In this document: in pieces, positions 13,421 through 26,599 of the stretch
How positions within the stretch are numbered: position 1 is the first letter of the stretch
How the letters are laid out: every line of letters starts with the position of its first letter
Assembly (NCBI RefSeq): GCF_006345805.1
Contig: NC_043013.1
Location: 56,668,001 to 56,732,000, forward strand
DNA length: 64,000 nt
From: Octopus sinensis
Lineage: Eukaryota
Reading direction: 5' to 3'
Position numbers and translations under genes: made by a program
Notes under the pieces: model-generated
Database searches by the model: none
Told to the model about the DNA's origin: nothing
The model's input: only the letters and a program-made list of their open reading frames with translations

Positions 13421-13650
13421 GTATCTATGTTCTTTAATAGCAAAATTTAGAGATTCCCCTTTTACAGAAAAAGCCTCCTTCTACTCAGCAATCTTTTGGT
13501 TTTTTACATGGTTTTACTTCCTTTTCTATCACTTCCCCTCTTTATTGTATCTTATTCTCTTATATTTTAATTTATTTCTTCTCATCTTCCTCCCTACCTA
13601 TCCTATAAATGGCATTACCCTGTTATCTTACGAAAGTTAGAGTTAATATA

Positions 13651-14915
13651 TCCGGTTGAGTAAAAAGTAAGCAATGTCTTGAACCATGATGAATTTGTAA
13701 CAGAATTTTTCCAGGGTTTTAAATGTTTTAAAACATCTTTTTGCAATTGTTTGATAATACAGACGTAGACTTGCTCAAATGCATCAGTAAATTAACATTG
13801 ATATTTTTTTCACTGTTGTTACAATCATCTGAAATGGGACTGTCAGAGCGCAATATTCGAGCAATTTTGCTATTCAACTTCAAAAAAGGATGCAAATTAG
13901 CAGAAACTGCTTGCGATATCAATGAGACATTTGGTGAGGAAATGACCTGTGATTGGTCAGCTCGAAAATGGCTTAAACGATTTTGCAGTGGAGATCTGAA
14001 CCTTGAAGATCGTGAGTATGCCCATCTGTCATCGATGATGATCAATTAAAGAAAATCATTGAGAAAAATCCATGTGAAACCACTTGAGAGCTGGTGAAAA
14101 ATTAGCCAGAAGACTGCCTGCAACCATTTACTTGCGATTGGAAAATGAAAAAAGCTTCAAAGATGGCTACCACACAATTTGAATGAAAATCAGAAAATGC
14201 GTAGATATGAAATTTGCTCATCACTTCTTCTCCATAACCAGACCAATCCATTTCTTGGCTGTTTTGTAACTTACGATGGAAAGTGGATTCTGTATAATAA
14301 TATAAAACATTCATCACTGGGATTGGACTAAAATGAAGCACCAAAACCCTTCCCTAAATCAAGCTCTTCAAAAGGAAGGTTTTGGTGACTGTTTGTTGGT
14401 GTACTGCTGGACTCATCTACTATAACTTCCTAAAACCCAGAAAAACCATTACTGCAGAAACATATTGCCATGAAATTGCCGAAATGAAGGAAAAACTGCT
14501 ACTCATCCGTCCCAGACTGGTCAACAGAATAGGGCCAATCATTCTTCATGACAATACTCGACCACACATTTCACAAATGACGCTCCAGAAGTTGAGGAAA
14601 CTTGTCTATGAAGTTCTTCCCCACCCAGCTTATTCTCCAGACCCTTCTCCTACCGACTACTGCTTTTCCAAGCACCTTGATTGTTTCCTGCGAGAGAAGG
14701 GGTTCAAAAATCAAACCAATGCTGGAAGTATGTTCAAAGAGTTCATCAGCTCAAGAACTCCAGATTTTTATGTTACTGGAAGAAACAAACTTGTAACTTG
14801 TTGCCAAAAATGTGTTGATTTGTTCATACTTTGATGAATAAAATTTCCACATTGTTAAAATATATTGTAATGAATTTCATGTTTCAAAACATAGCTTACT
14901 TTTTACTCAGCCTGA
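13651..14915 (+). mobile_element. Full-length mariner DNA transposon (Hsmar1/cecropia-like TIR), decayed
   Basis: Imperfect ~38-bp TIRs TC(C/A)GG(T/C)TGAGTAAAAAGTAAGC, TA on both flanks, 1265 bp. Confidence 0.92.
13834..14834 (+). pseudogene. Mariner transposase pseudogene
   Basis: N-terminal HTH (AETACDINETFG), WLPHNL, TYDGKW, LHDNTRPH, YSPDPSPTDY; frameshifts and stops. Confidence 0.92.
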
Positions 14916-14930
14916 TATTTAATGTTTAGT

Positions 14931-15246
14931 GAAGGCAAGTGGCTTAATGGGTTGGAGTTTTGGCTCATGATTGTAAGGTCGTGGGTTCAATTCCTGGTAG
15001 CACATAGCACATTGTGTTCTTGAGCAAGACCCTTTATTTTGCATTGCTCCAGCCAGCTCAACTGGCAAAAAATGAGTTGTCCCTTTAATTTAAAAGGCCA
15101 GACTTTTCCCATTCTGTGTTGTGCTAAATCTCCCTAACAACTACATTAAGGGGACGCGTGTCTATGGAGTGCTCAGCCAAATGCACATTAATTTCCATTG
15201 ATCAAATCATCTGGAGCCCTCACCATCGTAACTGACTGAGTGCCAG
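14931..15246 (+). mobile_element. SINE family C
   Basis: tRNA-like head GTGGCTTAATGG..GGGTTCAATTCC; body matches 19603 and 35543. Confidence 0.8.
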
Positions 15247-16385
15247 TTTATAGAATGCACAGAACATTAAAATTCTAACTACAAATGAGGAAGAAACAAT
15301 AGACTTTCCTTCACCTAACCATATTAATTAACTTTCAGAAATTAATCCTAGCAATAATTTCACCTTTTCTTTGAAATTTGCAAATAACCACCAGTAAGTG
15401 TTTGTTTTCTTTCTTCTACTAAATGGTGAATTTCAATTAATTGAATATATTTTATGCACAACCTTCAATAGATCACCCTTGAGCAAAATATTCATTAATC
15501 ACTTAGATTATTTTTAATTTTCTAGCAATTATGGGAAGCAACTTCAAACAATTTCCAGTCTGATTCTGACCTCATTAGCAATGCATAACTTTTTCACTCT
15601 GCTCATTGCTTTAGTAAGAAATATCAAAGCTTATACACTTATTTGACTAATACAAACTATCTTCACCACATCCTTATCTCAACTTAACTTTTCAATAACC
15701 CATACATTAAATAAGTCGACACAAGTCACCACCTCTTTCTTTTGGTAAAATAATTTATTCTTCTTAACGAACTTGTTGTCCTCGCTAATTGCCAACACAG
15801 ACCATCACTAGTTTCCTCATATTCTATTAGGTTAACACTAACTTATCTATTGATTTTTGTGTGAATGGTGATTCTGAATAATTTTATCTTTACTACAAGT
15901 GTTAATGTAGAAGAGTCTCTCTCATCATCTCATTTGTTATTGTTGCTGTTGTTGTTATTGTCATCACTGCTGTTACTGATGATTTCATTGAAATCTCACA
16001 GGCAACTGGTCAAAGGGACAATTCCTGTTATTGACCAGTTACTATAGCTGTTTAGTCTTGGCTTAGTTCTCATTCAACAGACATATGATCAAAGTGGTTC
16101 CACTAGTGACTCTCACTTCTTTTTCTAAATTCATGACAATGTACTGATTGTCTCGCGCTGTTGTGAAGATATATAACAAGTGATTTGAGGAGATTTAACA
16201 ACTATTTCTAGCAGGGCAAGTGAGCATGAGAGGCTCTTTCACTCACTCTTATCAGCTGGTTGTTATTGCTGTTGTTTAACTCTAGGTCGGTCTCACCAAA
16301 CAGTTCTGTAATTGAAGACAATGCAGCAGTGACCATCCAGTCTTTTTCTCTCATGTGTCCTTTTTAGGAAGAAAATGGTTTCGAT

Positions 16386-17640
16386 TGTGGTTTGAAGGCA
16401 TATAAATAAAATTGTCCTTACTTCGACTTGCAATCAGGTACCACTGGCAGATAGATCATTTCTTCACCCATGTTGTCACGATCTCTCTATCTCCATGACT
16501 TCTGTCTGTCACAGTTAGTATCCCAAAGAAAAACAAAACACAGGGAAAAACTTTTCTTCTCACTCACCAAATTAGCATAATCTCTCATCGCTTTCAGTTT
16601 TCCTTCCACCACATGGCCCCCATGTCAATCTAAAGATAACTGCTCCCCTGTTCCATCTCATCATCGTCCATCCACCTGGTGGGGTGACGTTCCCTTAGAG
16701 AACTCCATAAGGTCTCGGGGCTGCCTTCCCCATCCCCTTCATCAGTGGAAGAGCAAATCACCCTTCAAATATCCAAGACGTGATGTACCATTCCATCCAC
16801 TGATATATTATTCAAAGTATTGATCCCACTCACTTTTCTTTTTCCCCACTGTGTTGTGCACCGAGCATTGGGGGCTTCACCCATACTTCATCTCCAAACT
16901 TCACAGATATAATCCCTTTCACCTCTTGCTGCGGCACCACCATGCTCGGGTGTTTCCATTTGTACTGGAATATGTCCTTGTGTGGGACCAACTCTTTGGC
17001 TTGCCCTACCCTGGTTGACATTATACCAGAAGACTGCCTTCATAGGGGAGATTTATCCCCTCTCAGCAATGGCTTTAATCGTCCAGTAGTGCCATTCCAC
17101 AAACCTGTTTCCACCTGGCCTCTATGCAGCTCTGAAGAAGTGTCTTGTGCTCCATCTTCCAAGTATCTCTCTGAGCTGCTCCAAGCAAAAAACTGCCCTG
17201 TTATCCATCAATAGCTTGTCTACAGGCCCCCTTTCCAAAAACACTACATTCAGCACCTCAGTGACCTGTAGCAGTCTCTACTCTGACTTCACTCCATGTC
17301 GCCATTTGCCCCAGCCCAGTCGACCATCGAAAGGTACACCTTACCCCAAAAGTGTGTCATAGAAATGGCTAAACTCTTCTATTCTTCCTCTACCTGAATC
17401 TTTCCTGGTTCATGTGTGTTCGGAGCAGGATCGATCGACATGGACCTGTTGCAGGTCCCCACTATCCTCCAAATAATCTCCCTGGTCACATTGGAGTTGA
17501 CTGTCCTTTGCCAAAAACAATGTTCTGTCAACCCCCATTTGGTACCTCCTTAGTTCTGTACCCTCCAGCTGACAAACCACTGCCACCCCATCTGGAACAT
17601 CCTCTATTGTTTCCAACCATTAATATTGCTAAATAAAAAA
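16386..17640 (-). mobile_element. Gypsy-like LTR retrotransposon remnant (integrase + 3' LTR)
   Basis: Decayed integrase (YLSMVD, FLERGPVDKLLMDN, FRAAYRPGGN); 228-bp LTR 16386-16613 with TGTGG..CCACA inverted ends, preceded by GGGGGCCA. Confidence 0.85.
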
Positions 17641-17704
17641 GTTACTTAGCTTTTCGATGAATATTATATTATTTAACTTTTGAAGTGTATTATGTTTTAT
17701 TATT

Positions 17705-17930
17705 GGCGGCAAGCTGGTAGAAACGTTAGCACGCCGGGCAAAATGCGTAGCCGTATTTCGTCTGCCGTTACGTTGTGAGTTCAAATTCCGCCGAGGTTGA
17801 CTTTGCCTTTCATCCTTTCGGGGTCGATAAATTAAGTACCAGTTGTGTTCTGGGGGTCAATCTAATCGACTGCCTCCCTCCCCAAAAACTTTCGGGCCTT
17901 GTGCCTAGAGTAGAAAAGATTATTATTATT
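17705..17930 (+). mobile_element. SINE family B (tRNA head, Nin-like core), young
   Basis: GGCGGCAAGCTGG..GAGTTCAAATTCC..GTCGATAAATTAAGTACCAG..GCCTTGTGCCTAGAGTAGAAAAG(ATT)n; CpG-rich. Confidence 0.9.
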
Positions 17931-17934
17931 AATT

Positions 17935-18951
17935 GTTGTTAAAATATTAATTTATATATAATTTCTTGATAATTATTAGTTATAAGTATATCTATTTATT
18001 CATTATGTTTATTATTATTTTATAATGTGATTTAATGTATTACATATAATTTAATTTGAGAAATAGTTTTGTAAGACTATATATTATTTAATAGTTAGGT
18101 GGTCTATTTATTACATATTTATTTAAGTAAATAAGTTTAATATTAATTGATATTTTCACCAACTATATAATTGAGTAAAATATTAAATCTATAGATACTA
18201 CATATATGTTAATAATATAGTTAGTTTATATAATAGGTGTGTATATATTTGAACCATTTCCTATTCTTAATTATAATATTTATAGATTGTTCTAGCATTA
18301 TGTATATTACTTAACATTAAATTTTTTTAATATAAAATACTTAATGAGTATAAGATTTTATTTAGATTTTTATTAAATAAATAAATTAATTAATAATTTG
18401 ATTTAATGTATATAGATTAAATTATAGTATATAGTTTTCACTTAATGTATATTTTGTGTTTTATATATATATTTTTTTTAAATATTTTAATTAATTGTAT
18501 TTTATTTCCTAATAATAATGATATATTAGAGTTTATTATTTTTTCTTATATATGTTAAAATGTTATTTTTATAGATTTATAGACATTTATAACTTTTTAT
18601 TCTATTTTTTATATTTATACAAGAATATATTTAAGATATTTCGCATTTTACAAGATTATATACTTATATTTATTAATTTATCTAATTAATCATTTTATTA
18701 TTTTTATCTTTAACCTAAAGAGTGACTATATTTATATTGAAGTGATTTTACTATTATCATTTCTTAAATATAGTCACGAAACACGTGTAGTTATTCTGCC
18801 AAATATATACGTTTTATTTATTATTTTGCTCATTACTTAATCATTGGTATATGTGTTATCTTATATTTAATCTTTCTATAAGATGTAATTTTTCTAAATG
18901 GCATAATTTAATTTTTTCATTATTGAATAGATAAAAGGTGTTTTTTTTCTA

Positions 18952-18996
<45 letters not shown>

Positions 18997-19068
18997 TATT
19001 ATATTTTGTGAAATTTGATTTAGTATCTCTAAATTGAATTATTCCTTGTAAGTTTGGAATAATATTCC

Positions 19069-19072
<4 letters not shown>
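17935..19072 (+). mobile_element. Extremely AT-rich Penelope-like remnant
   Basis: 4-8 G+C per 60 nt in sampled lines, not a simple repeat; contains an HHR motif and ends GTAAGTTTGGAATAATATTCCCTCA before (TA)n. Confidence 0.55.
18711..18793 (+). ncRNA. Type I hammerhead ribozyme motif with G5->A core change
   Basis: TAAC-CTAAAGA-GTGACTATATTTA..TAAATATAGTCAC-GAAA-CACGTG-TA-GTTA: 4-bp stem I, 13-bp stem II, palindromic stem III. Confidence 0.8.
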
Positions 19073-19074
<2 letters not shown>

Positions 19075-19112
<38 letters not shown>

Positions 19113-19259
19113 CATATATAGAGCCATAAGAAAATGGAAGGGATCAATAGATTGTATTCATCAACTTTTAGACATTATTAATGTCAATTTATTTATTTAT
19201 TTATTTACTAGAAGTACAATTAGCATACAGGAATAGAAATTGGGATAATATCTTACATA

Positions 19260-19300
<41 letters not shown>

Positions 19301-19498
19301 GTATATATATACACACACACATATACACACATATATATACATATACATATATATATACATATATATATACATATATATATATACATATATATATACATAT
19401 ATATATATATACATATATATATATATGTATATACATATATATATATATATAAATGTGTATATATATATATGTGTGTGTGTCTGCAACTATATACATAC

Positions 19499-19562
<64 letters not shown>

Positions 19563-19600
19563 CATACATACATACATATATGGTGTGTGTGTGTGTGTAT
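19075..19600. repeat. Compound (TA)n/(CA)n/(TACA)n microsatellite
   Basis: Directly visible; source of the poly-Y/I ORFs. Confidence 0.9.
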
Positions 19601-19602
19601 GT

Positions 19603-19910
19603 GAAGACACATGACTTAGTCGTTAGGGCATTTGGTTCATGATCGTAAGTTAAATTCTCAGCGACTCATTGTGGCCTTGAACAAGAAGCATTTTTTCATG
19701 TTGCTGCTCCCGACCACTCAGCTGGCAAACAAAATGAGTAGTACCTGTATTCCAAATGGCCAGCCTTATTACACTCTGTGTCATGCTGAATCTCCCCGAG
19801 AACTATGTTAAGGGTTTATTTGTCTGCGGAATGCTCAGACACTTGCACGTTAATTTCACGAGGAAGCTGTTTGGTTGTTTGTATAAGCTGGGCCCCTCGT
19901 CATCGTAACC
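19603..19910 (+). mobile_element. SINE family C
   Basis: Matches 14931 and 35543 (CTGAATCTCCCCGAGAACTATGTTAAGGG). Confidence 0.8.
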
Positions 19911-20992
19911 TATATGCATATATATATATATATATATTTGTATGTATGCATTTATATGTACATGCATATATGTATATAGCAGCTTAGAAATATAGTAGCT
20001 TAGAAATACTGGGTTGACGTCCAGCGGGAACAGCTTTGTTTCATGGAGGAGGAAAGATCTTCTTTAGTACTTGGTTGTACAATGCTTTCCAATGTGTGTA
20101 GTAGTGGCGCGCGCACACATTATTAGCCATTTGAAAAGACTATGAAAGTCTCGACCACGGTCGAACAATGATGATGATGATGATGATATAGCAGCAGGCA
20201 CAGATGTATGGTTGAAAGTTTGCTTTACAATCACGGTGTTCTGGGTTTGATCTTAGAATGGGAACCTTGGACAAGTGTCTACAAATCCAATCTCAGCTCT
20301 GCCAGTATCATGCAACTTGAATTTCTTTGACGGAATTTGTGGAGAAACCTGTGATCCTATATTTTTTCTCAGCTCTCCATTGGTTGTGATGATGAGTGTT
20401 CCTGTTAATATGGCCAATGGAAGGGCACTCATAATCTCAATGTACTTTTCAGTGAAATTACACACGACATTTCAACCTTGTCACGTTCTGTATCATGCTG
20501 AACATATACACACATATATACATACGTGCATACATACAAACATGCATATATATATAAGTTGAATGTAACATAAGCGTCTTATAAAGCTAGATTTATAAAT
20601 CCTAAAAATGCAGAACAATTCATTACTGGGCAGTTTAGCTTAAAGGTAAAGCACTTGATGTGTAATTGCAGAGATGTGAGTTCCTGCATCATGGCTTGCT
20701 GGTAATGATTTTTGCTGCAATACATGGATAGTTTATCCTGTTTTGCTATTGTATTAGCATTATCATGCATTTGAGAATACATTATTTCTGCGCGTGTGTG
20801 TGTGTGTGTATATATATATGTGTGTGTGTGTACACAGTAATAATGATAATCTATGGATGGAATTTATAAATATTTTAATGTATTGCTACACATGTTTCCA
20901 AAATTGTTATTGCTAGTTGATAGCATTAGGGTGTAGCCAACATAATGAAATAGGAGATTTTACATGCATCTCCCATAAACGAACTTAAAGGA

Positions 20993-21035
<43 letters not shown>

Positions 21036-21949
21036 CAGCAGCATTAGTTGGGTAGCCTTGTATGTTGTGGTAACTGAAAGAGTAGAAGTTAAATTACGAT
21101 GGAATAATTAGATTTATTGTTATGAAAGGAATAGTTGGGGACAGGGAAAGAGAGGAAATATGGATGGGGGTGGAAACAAGGGGATGATGGAGAGTAATGT
21201 CAGATTATTGTGAAGGCAAGTGTGACCAATGGGGTGGGTCAATTTAGGAGGGAATCAGAGACAGAGGGAATCAAATAGAAATGATCCATTGCCCTCCTCT
21301 ATTCTTAAAATACCATCCAGCCACTTGTCCACAACAGAAAACATCTCGTTTTAAACATCAAATTTTATGGAATAGCAACTTGCCATGTCTGAAAGATCAG
21401 TTTAATGAAGGAAAAGTTAGTAAGATCATTAGTGCAAAGTTTTGGTTTTCGAAATGTCTGTCTTTTGTAGATAGTCATCTATGGAAGTTTACAAATAGAC
21501 CAGATATGTTTTATCATATTTTGGAACTACTTTAAATAACCTAATATTATATAATATACACAATTGTTTAAAAAACAATCCAATATGGTCGAGCGTCAAC
21601 ATGGCTACAGCCAGATGGCTGATGCAAGTAAAAGAATGTTATTATTAAAGGAAAAAGAAAAAAAAAAGACATGATAAAAATCTTAACATTACTGTCAAGC
21701 ATGACAATTCATTTCTGTTTCAGACATATTTTTAGTTCCAAGTTTTTGTTTCAATCTATTAATGTTGAAGAGAAATATGGCCAAACTCTTCTAATATTTC
21801 CTACAGCAATATGTTAAAATATAAATTTGCATAATTCATTCACCAAACACAGGAACATGGAAAAAATATTTATAACAACAACTACAACAGCAACAGCTAC
21901 AATACAGTCAAGAGTTTCCCATATTATCAGGCTTCCATATTAAAAGGTT

Positions 21950-22108
<159 letters not shown>

Positions 22109-22628
22109 TGTCTAGAGTTTCTATATTAAGTAAGGAACTACATCAGTGTACAGTGGTTGCTGACTGAACAAGCTCTGCCTAAATATTTCTGATACTGATG
22201 TAATGATCATTGTTCTTATACCAATAACATATCAGCTAAATTCCCTTGGATATCAATACACATCAGAAAAAACAGATATCATCTTTCTGATAATCAAAAA
22301 CGCATTCCTTTAACCCCTACAGATCTCTGCCCATTTCTTTTCTTTCGATGCTACTTCAAAGGCCAATACTCTTTCCTCACCAACATCTATGCTTTACAGC
22401 CTAAAATTTATTTTGTGATCTGATTTTTCTCCTTACTTCTCTCACTGTGTTTCTCCAATTATCTATCTATTCATCTCTCTCACTCTCTCTCTCTCTCTGT
22501 TTTTCTCTTCCACTCATCATATGTATATTTGTATCTATCTAAGAATACCTAAGAGTACATGATTTTTGTTTTTTGCCATTTATGTTTGCACTTGGAAGAA
22601 GTTTTCACGAGAATGTTCCACCAATATT

Positions 22629-23218
22629 CTTCTCTCCTCTAGGCACAAGGCCCGAAATTTTACTTTTGGAGAGGGAGCCAGTCGATTAGATCGACCCCAG
22701 TATGCAACTGGTACTTAATTTATTGACCCCCAAAAGGATGAAAGGCAAATTTGAACTCAGAACGTAAAGACAGACAAAATACCTATTTCGTTACTACCCA
22801 CAGATGGGTACTACTTCGTTACTACTAAACACAGAGAGGACAAACATGGACAGACAAACGGATTAAGTCGATTATATCGACCCCAGTGTGTAACTGGTTC
22901 TTATTTAATCGACCCTGAAAGAATGAAAGGCAAAGTTGATCTCGGCGGAATTTGAACTCAGAATGTAGCGGCAGACAAAATACCTATTTCTTTACTACCC
23001 ACAAGGGGCTAAACACAGAGGGGATAGATAAGAACAGACAAACAGATTAAGTCGATTACATCAACTCCAGTGTGTAACTGGTACTCAATTTATCGACCTT
23101 GAAAGGTTGAAAGGCAAAGTCGACCTCAGCGGAATTTGAACTCAGAACATAACAGCAGCCGAAATACTGCTAAGCATTTCGGCCGGTGTGCTGATGTTTC
23201 TGTCAGCTTGCTGCCTTT
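22629..23218 (-). mobile_element. Trimeric SINE family B insertion
   Basis: One head plus three B-box/core modules; 16-bp direct repeat ATGTTCCACCAATATT at 22613-22628 and 23219-23234. Confidence 0.85.
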
Positions 23219-23492
23219 ATGTTCCACCAATATTGCCTGGCACAAACAGGACAACTGACCCGAGACACCCACATTCTTTCTTATTTCTTTGAATATAAAT
23301 ATTTATTTTACTAAATACAATTTACTTTCAAATATGTGACATTTAAATAAACTATTAGGTTATATTCAATATAAATAGTTCAAAAAGTGGAATATATTTC
23401 ATATTTAAACCATTTGTATGACATTTTACTGACAGAGGACTTTACTAGTTTCTCTGGTTTCTTCTGCTTTCCCATATTTAATGTAACTGCAG

Positions 23493-23564
23493 CTGTCTCG
23501 CCTGAAGAACAGACTCTGCAAGCAAAGGAGAAATCTAAGTCTGTGATGTCACCATCAGCATTTA
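23493..23564 (+). CDS. Candidate internal coding exon (72 nt, phase 1-1), product unknown
   Basis: AACTGCAG| acceptor, TTA|GTATGT donor, open frame xVSPEEQTLQAKEKSKSVMSPSAFx; no partner exons identified. Confidence 0.3.
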
Positions 23565-23612
23565 GTATGTTATAAGTTACACAAAGAAATAGTTGAGGTG
23601 GGAAGTTGGCGA

Positions 23613-23760
23613 TGGTGGGGGTCTTATTTTTGGAGTTAGATACAGAAATAGTTGGGGTTGGTGGGGGTCTTATTTTTGGAGTTAGATACAGAAATAGTTG
23701 GGGTTGGTGGGGGTCTTATTTTTGGAGTTACATACAGAAATAGTTGGGGTTGGTGGGGGG
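23613..23760. repeat. 46-bp G-rich minisatellite, about 3 copies
   Basis: GAAATAGTTGGGGTTGGTGGGGGTCTTATTTTTGGAGTTAGATACA at 23645 and 23691, partial at 23737. Confidence 0.9.
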
Positions 23761-24600
23761 TTGCCATTATGGCACTGTGTCATAAAGCTGTATCAGCTTT
23801 AATCTGCTCCTCTAAACTAAAGTCATTAATTCACAAATGTCAGGTTTCTTTGTCTCTGATTCTTATTTATCACTAACACAACAATCTCATTTTCTCAACA
23901 ATAGAATTCCATATCTTTTTATTCGATCAAACAGACTCCAATGAGGCTGATGTTGATCTTTATTGGAAAGACTTAGAAAGTAAAAATTGTGGTGAAGAGT
24001 GGAAAATTCAACAATTCAGACCCACAGTCCTTCTTCAAGGGAAAAGTTGAAAGGAGAGAAATTAACGAGTGATGGCTGCAGAGTTTCACACCCTCAAAGT
24101 AAAAAAAAGTTGGCTGCAACTGATATGGAATGTAGAACCGAGCAAACTTCATGAGGAAAACAGTTTAAGGAGCAAGAAGGAAAGAGTATTAGAATGAAGA
24201 GATGTAGGGGAAGCGAAAAGTGAGGTGAAAGGAAAAGATGGGGAGAGAAGTTGAATCATAAAAAAGGGGTTAAGGAATTAAAAGGAGGGGTAGGAATAGG
24301 AGGACAAACATAGAAACATTCATTTAAACCTGTTGGTGACATGGTACAGAATCCAAAAATGAAACACTGTGACCTCCATTTCCTTGAGAATGCAGAATTG
24401 CTGCACACTGGCCTGTAGTAGGTGCAAAGAATTTGGTCAAATTTTCATAGTAGTATGCTCTGACTGCACTTCCAAATGCAATCAGGCTGTTTCTCCAATG
24501 TAAAAGGAGCTGCACTGTTTGCACATGGTGCAACGAAACTTCTGAGATGTATCATGTTGCGTCTGAGACTTAGTGTTGGAAGTAATATTGTTAATGTAGG

Positions 24601-24806
24601 AATGGTGGTAAGCTGGCAGAATCGTTAGCATGCTGGACAAAATGCTTAGAGGTATTTCGTCTGTCTTTACATTCTGAGTTCAAATTCCACCAAGATTGAC
24701 TTTGCCTATCATCCTTTTGGGGTCGATAAATTAAGTACCAGTTTCGTTTTGGGGTCAACTGGCCTCCTCCCCCAAAACTTCAGGCCTTGTGCCTAGAATA
24801 GAAACG
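24601..24806 (+). mobile_element. SINE family B with 17-bp TSD
   Basis: AATATTG(T/C)TAATGTAGG at 24584-24600 and 24807-24823. Confidence 0.85.
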
Positions 24807-25275
24807 AATATTGCTAATGTAGGGGCAGGTGTTGCATTATCGTGAAGCACATTTAAAAGTGTCTGATTGTGTGGGGCTGAAGGCTGTGGAGCTTTTTACA
24901 AGGAAATTTCAAATGATTTTATCAATTTTTAAAGAACAGGGAAAGTGGGCAAGAAAGATAGGTTCTGGGGTCAGAGAGAAGAATACTTATGTTTCTGTTA
25001 GAGACAGATAAACACAAACATACATATACGTATATTGATAAATATATAGATCTATATAAATAGATACTCATGTTAAAATAAATGTATATTGTATACATAA
25101 TATAAATTAAAATGTTTTCATGTGTGTGTGTGTGTGTGTGGCTATATGTATATTATATATATGTAAATATATAGGTATTTTATATATATATTTACATATC
25201 ACTATCTTTATGTATATACATATACTATATATATATACATATATATATTTATATATAGTATTTAAACTATAAATG

Positions 25276-25309
<34 letters not shown>

Positions 25310-25631
25310 CACATATATGTATATATGTATATATATATATTATATATATATTGATAAAACTTACTTGGAAGAGGATGTGTGGCATTCAATCATATAATAA
25401 CGTAAATAATATATATATATATATATAATATATATATATATGCATATATACATATGTATATGTACATACCTACATCTATACGTATATGTATATGTGGGCA
25501 TTTGTTTTCCATTTGTGTCTTTCGTTGTTCGAAAGAATAGTTCATGTTCCATGTACTCATGCTTCATATTTTTTTGTTGTACATGTTTCATGACGTCCTG
25601 TGCCCACATATGCATATATATGTACATATAC

Positions 25632-25675
<44 letters not shown>

Positions 25676-26599
25676 TATGTATGTACTTTTGTGATATCAG
25701 GGAAGGTTTTTTTTTTCTGTTTTGTTTTGTATCATCTGTATTTATATTGAAGAGGATTTTAACAATTCTCATTTTTCTTTTACACAAACTTAGCTAAATG
25801 CCAATTTCAAAGCCATCTCAGTGGTGACCTTCTCATTAAGCACAAAGAAAACTAAAATATATTACAAGCAAATATTCTAAACACCACACACAACTCATTA
25901 AACAACCACACTCAAATAAAAGAAACCAGCAATATCACCAATAATGATAAAATGCCAACCAAAACCAAAAGCACCACATTATCTATGAAATGTCTATATT
26001 ATTATTTTGTGATTGAAATTTTTAAAAATTTAAATATGTGAACATGAAAAGAAAGTAATATATTCGGTTAGTTATTGTTTGTTTATTTATTTGTTTATAT
26101 TGTTGTTGTTTTTTCTGTTTTGTTTGTTTTTGTAGACACGTATCCTCACAGGGTTTCAATTTTAAATGACAATTTTGATTTTAAAAACAATTTCTGCTTC
26201 AATTATAATGCTGCTAATGAAAAACATAACACTTTCATGCAAAAGAGAAAGAGAGACAGACAGACAGACGGAGAGAGACAAGCAAAAGGAGAAAAGGAGA
26301 GAGAGAGAGAGAGAGAAAAAGAGAGAGTGCAGTGATGGGGAGGAGGAGACTGCAAGATAGGAAGACACAGACAAAAATTGATTTACATTTTCCTTATTAA
26401 AAATTTGGAAACAAATTTAAAATAGGAAAGAAATTGTCCATTTCGTGATTGAATATGAAATATAAATATTAAATAAGGTAAACACAAGCTGTATGACTGT
26501 TTGTCTTTCTCTATGTATGTATGTATTCATGTATGTATGTATGTATGTATGTATGTATGTATGTATTCATGTATGTATGTATTCATGTATGTATGTGTA

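Noticed and set aside
17705-17800. tRNA genes at A/B-box motifs
   Set aside because: No cloverleaf could be formed; all continue into SINE bodies.
17935-19000. Mitochondrial control-region NUMT
   Set aside because: No adjacent mitochondrial tRNA, rRNA or CDS; the HHR and PLE-type terminus explain it better.
19181-19642. Long ORFs rich in Y/I/H/T/C/V here and at 12.2, 25.4, 37.9, 44.0-44.7 and 60.2 kb
   Set aside because: They are translations of (TA)n, (CA)n and (TACA)n microsatellites.
25490-25611. 122-bp segment with 11-bp inverted ends (ATATGTGGGCA) as a MITE
   Set aside because: Single copy, the arms are partly made of TA/TG microsatellite bases, and the TSD cannot be distinguished.
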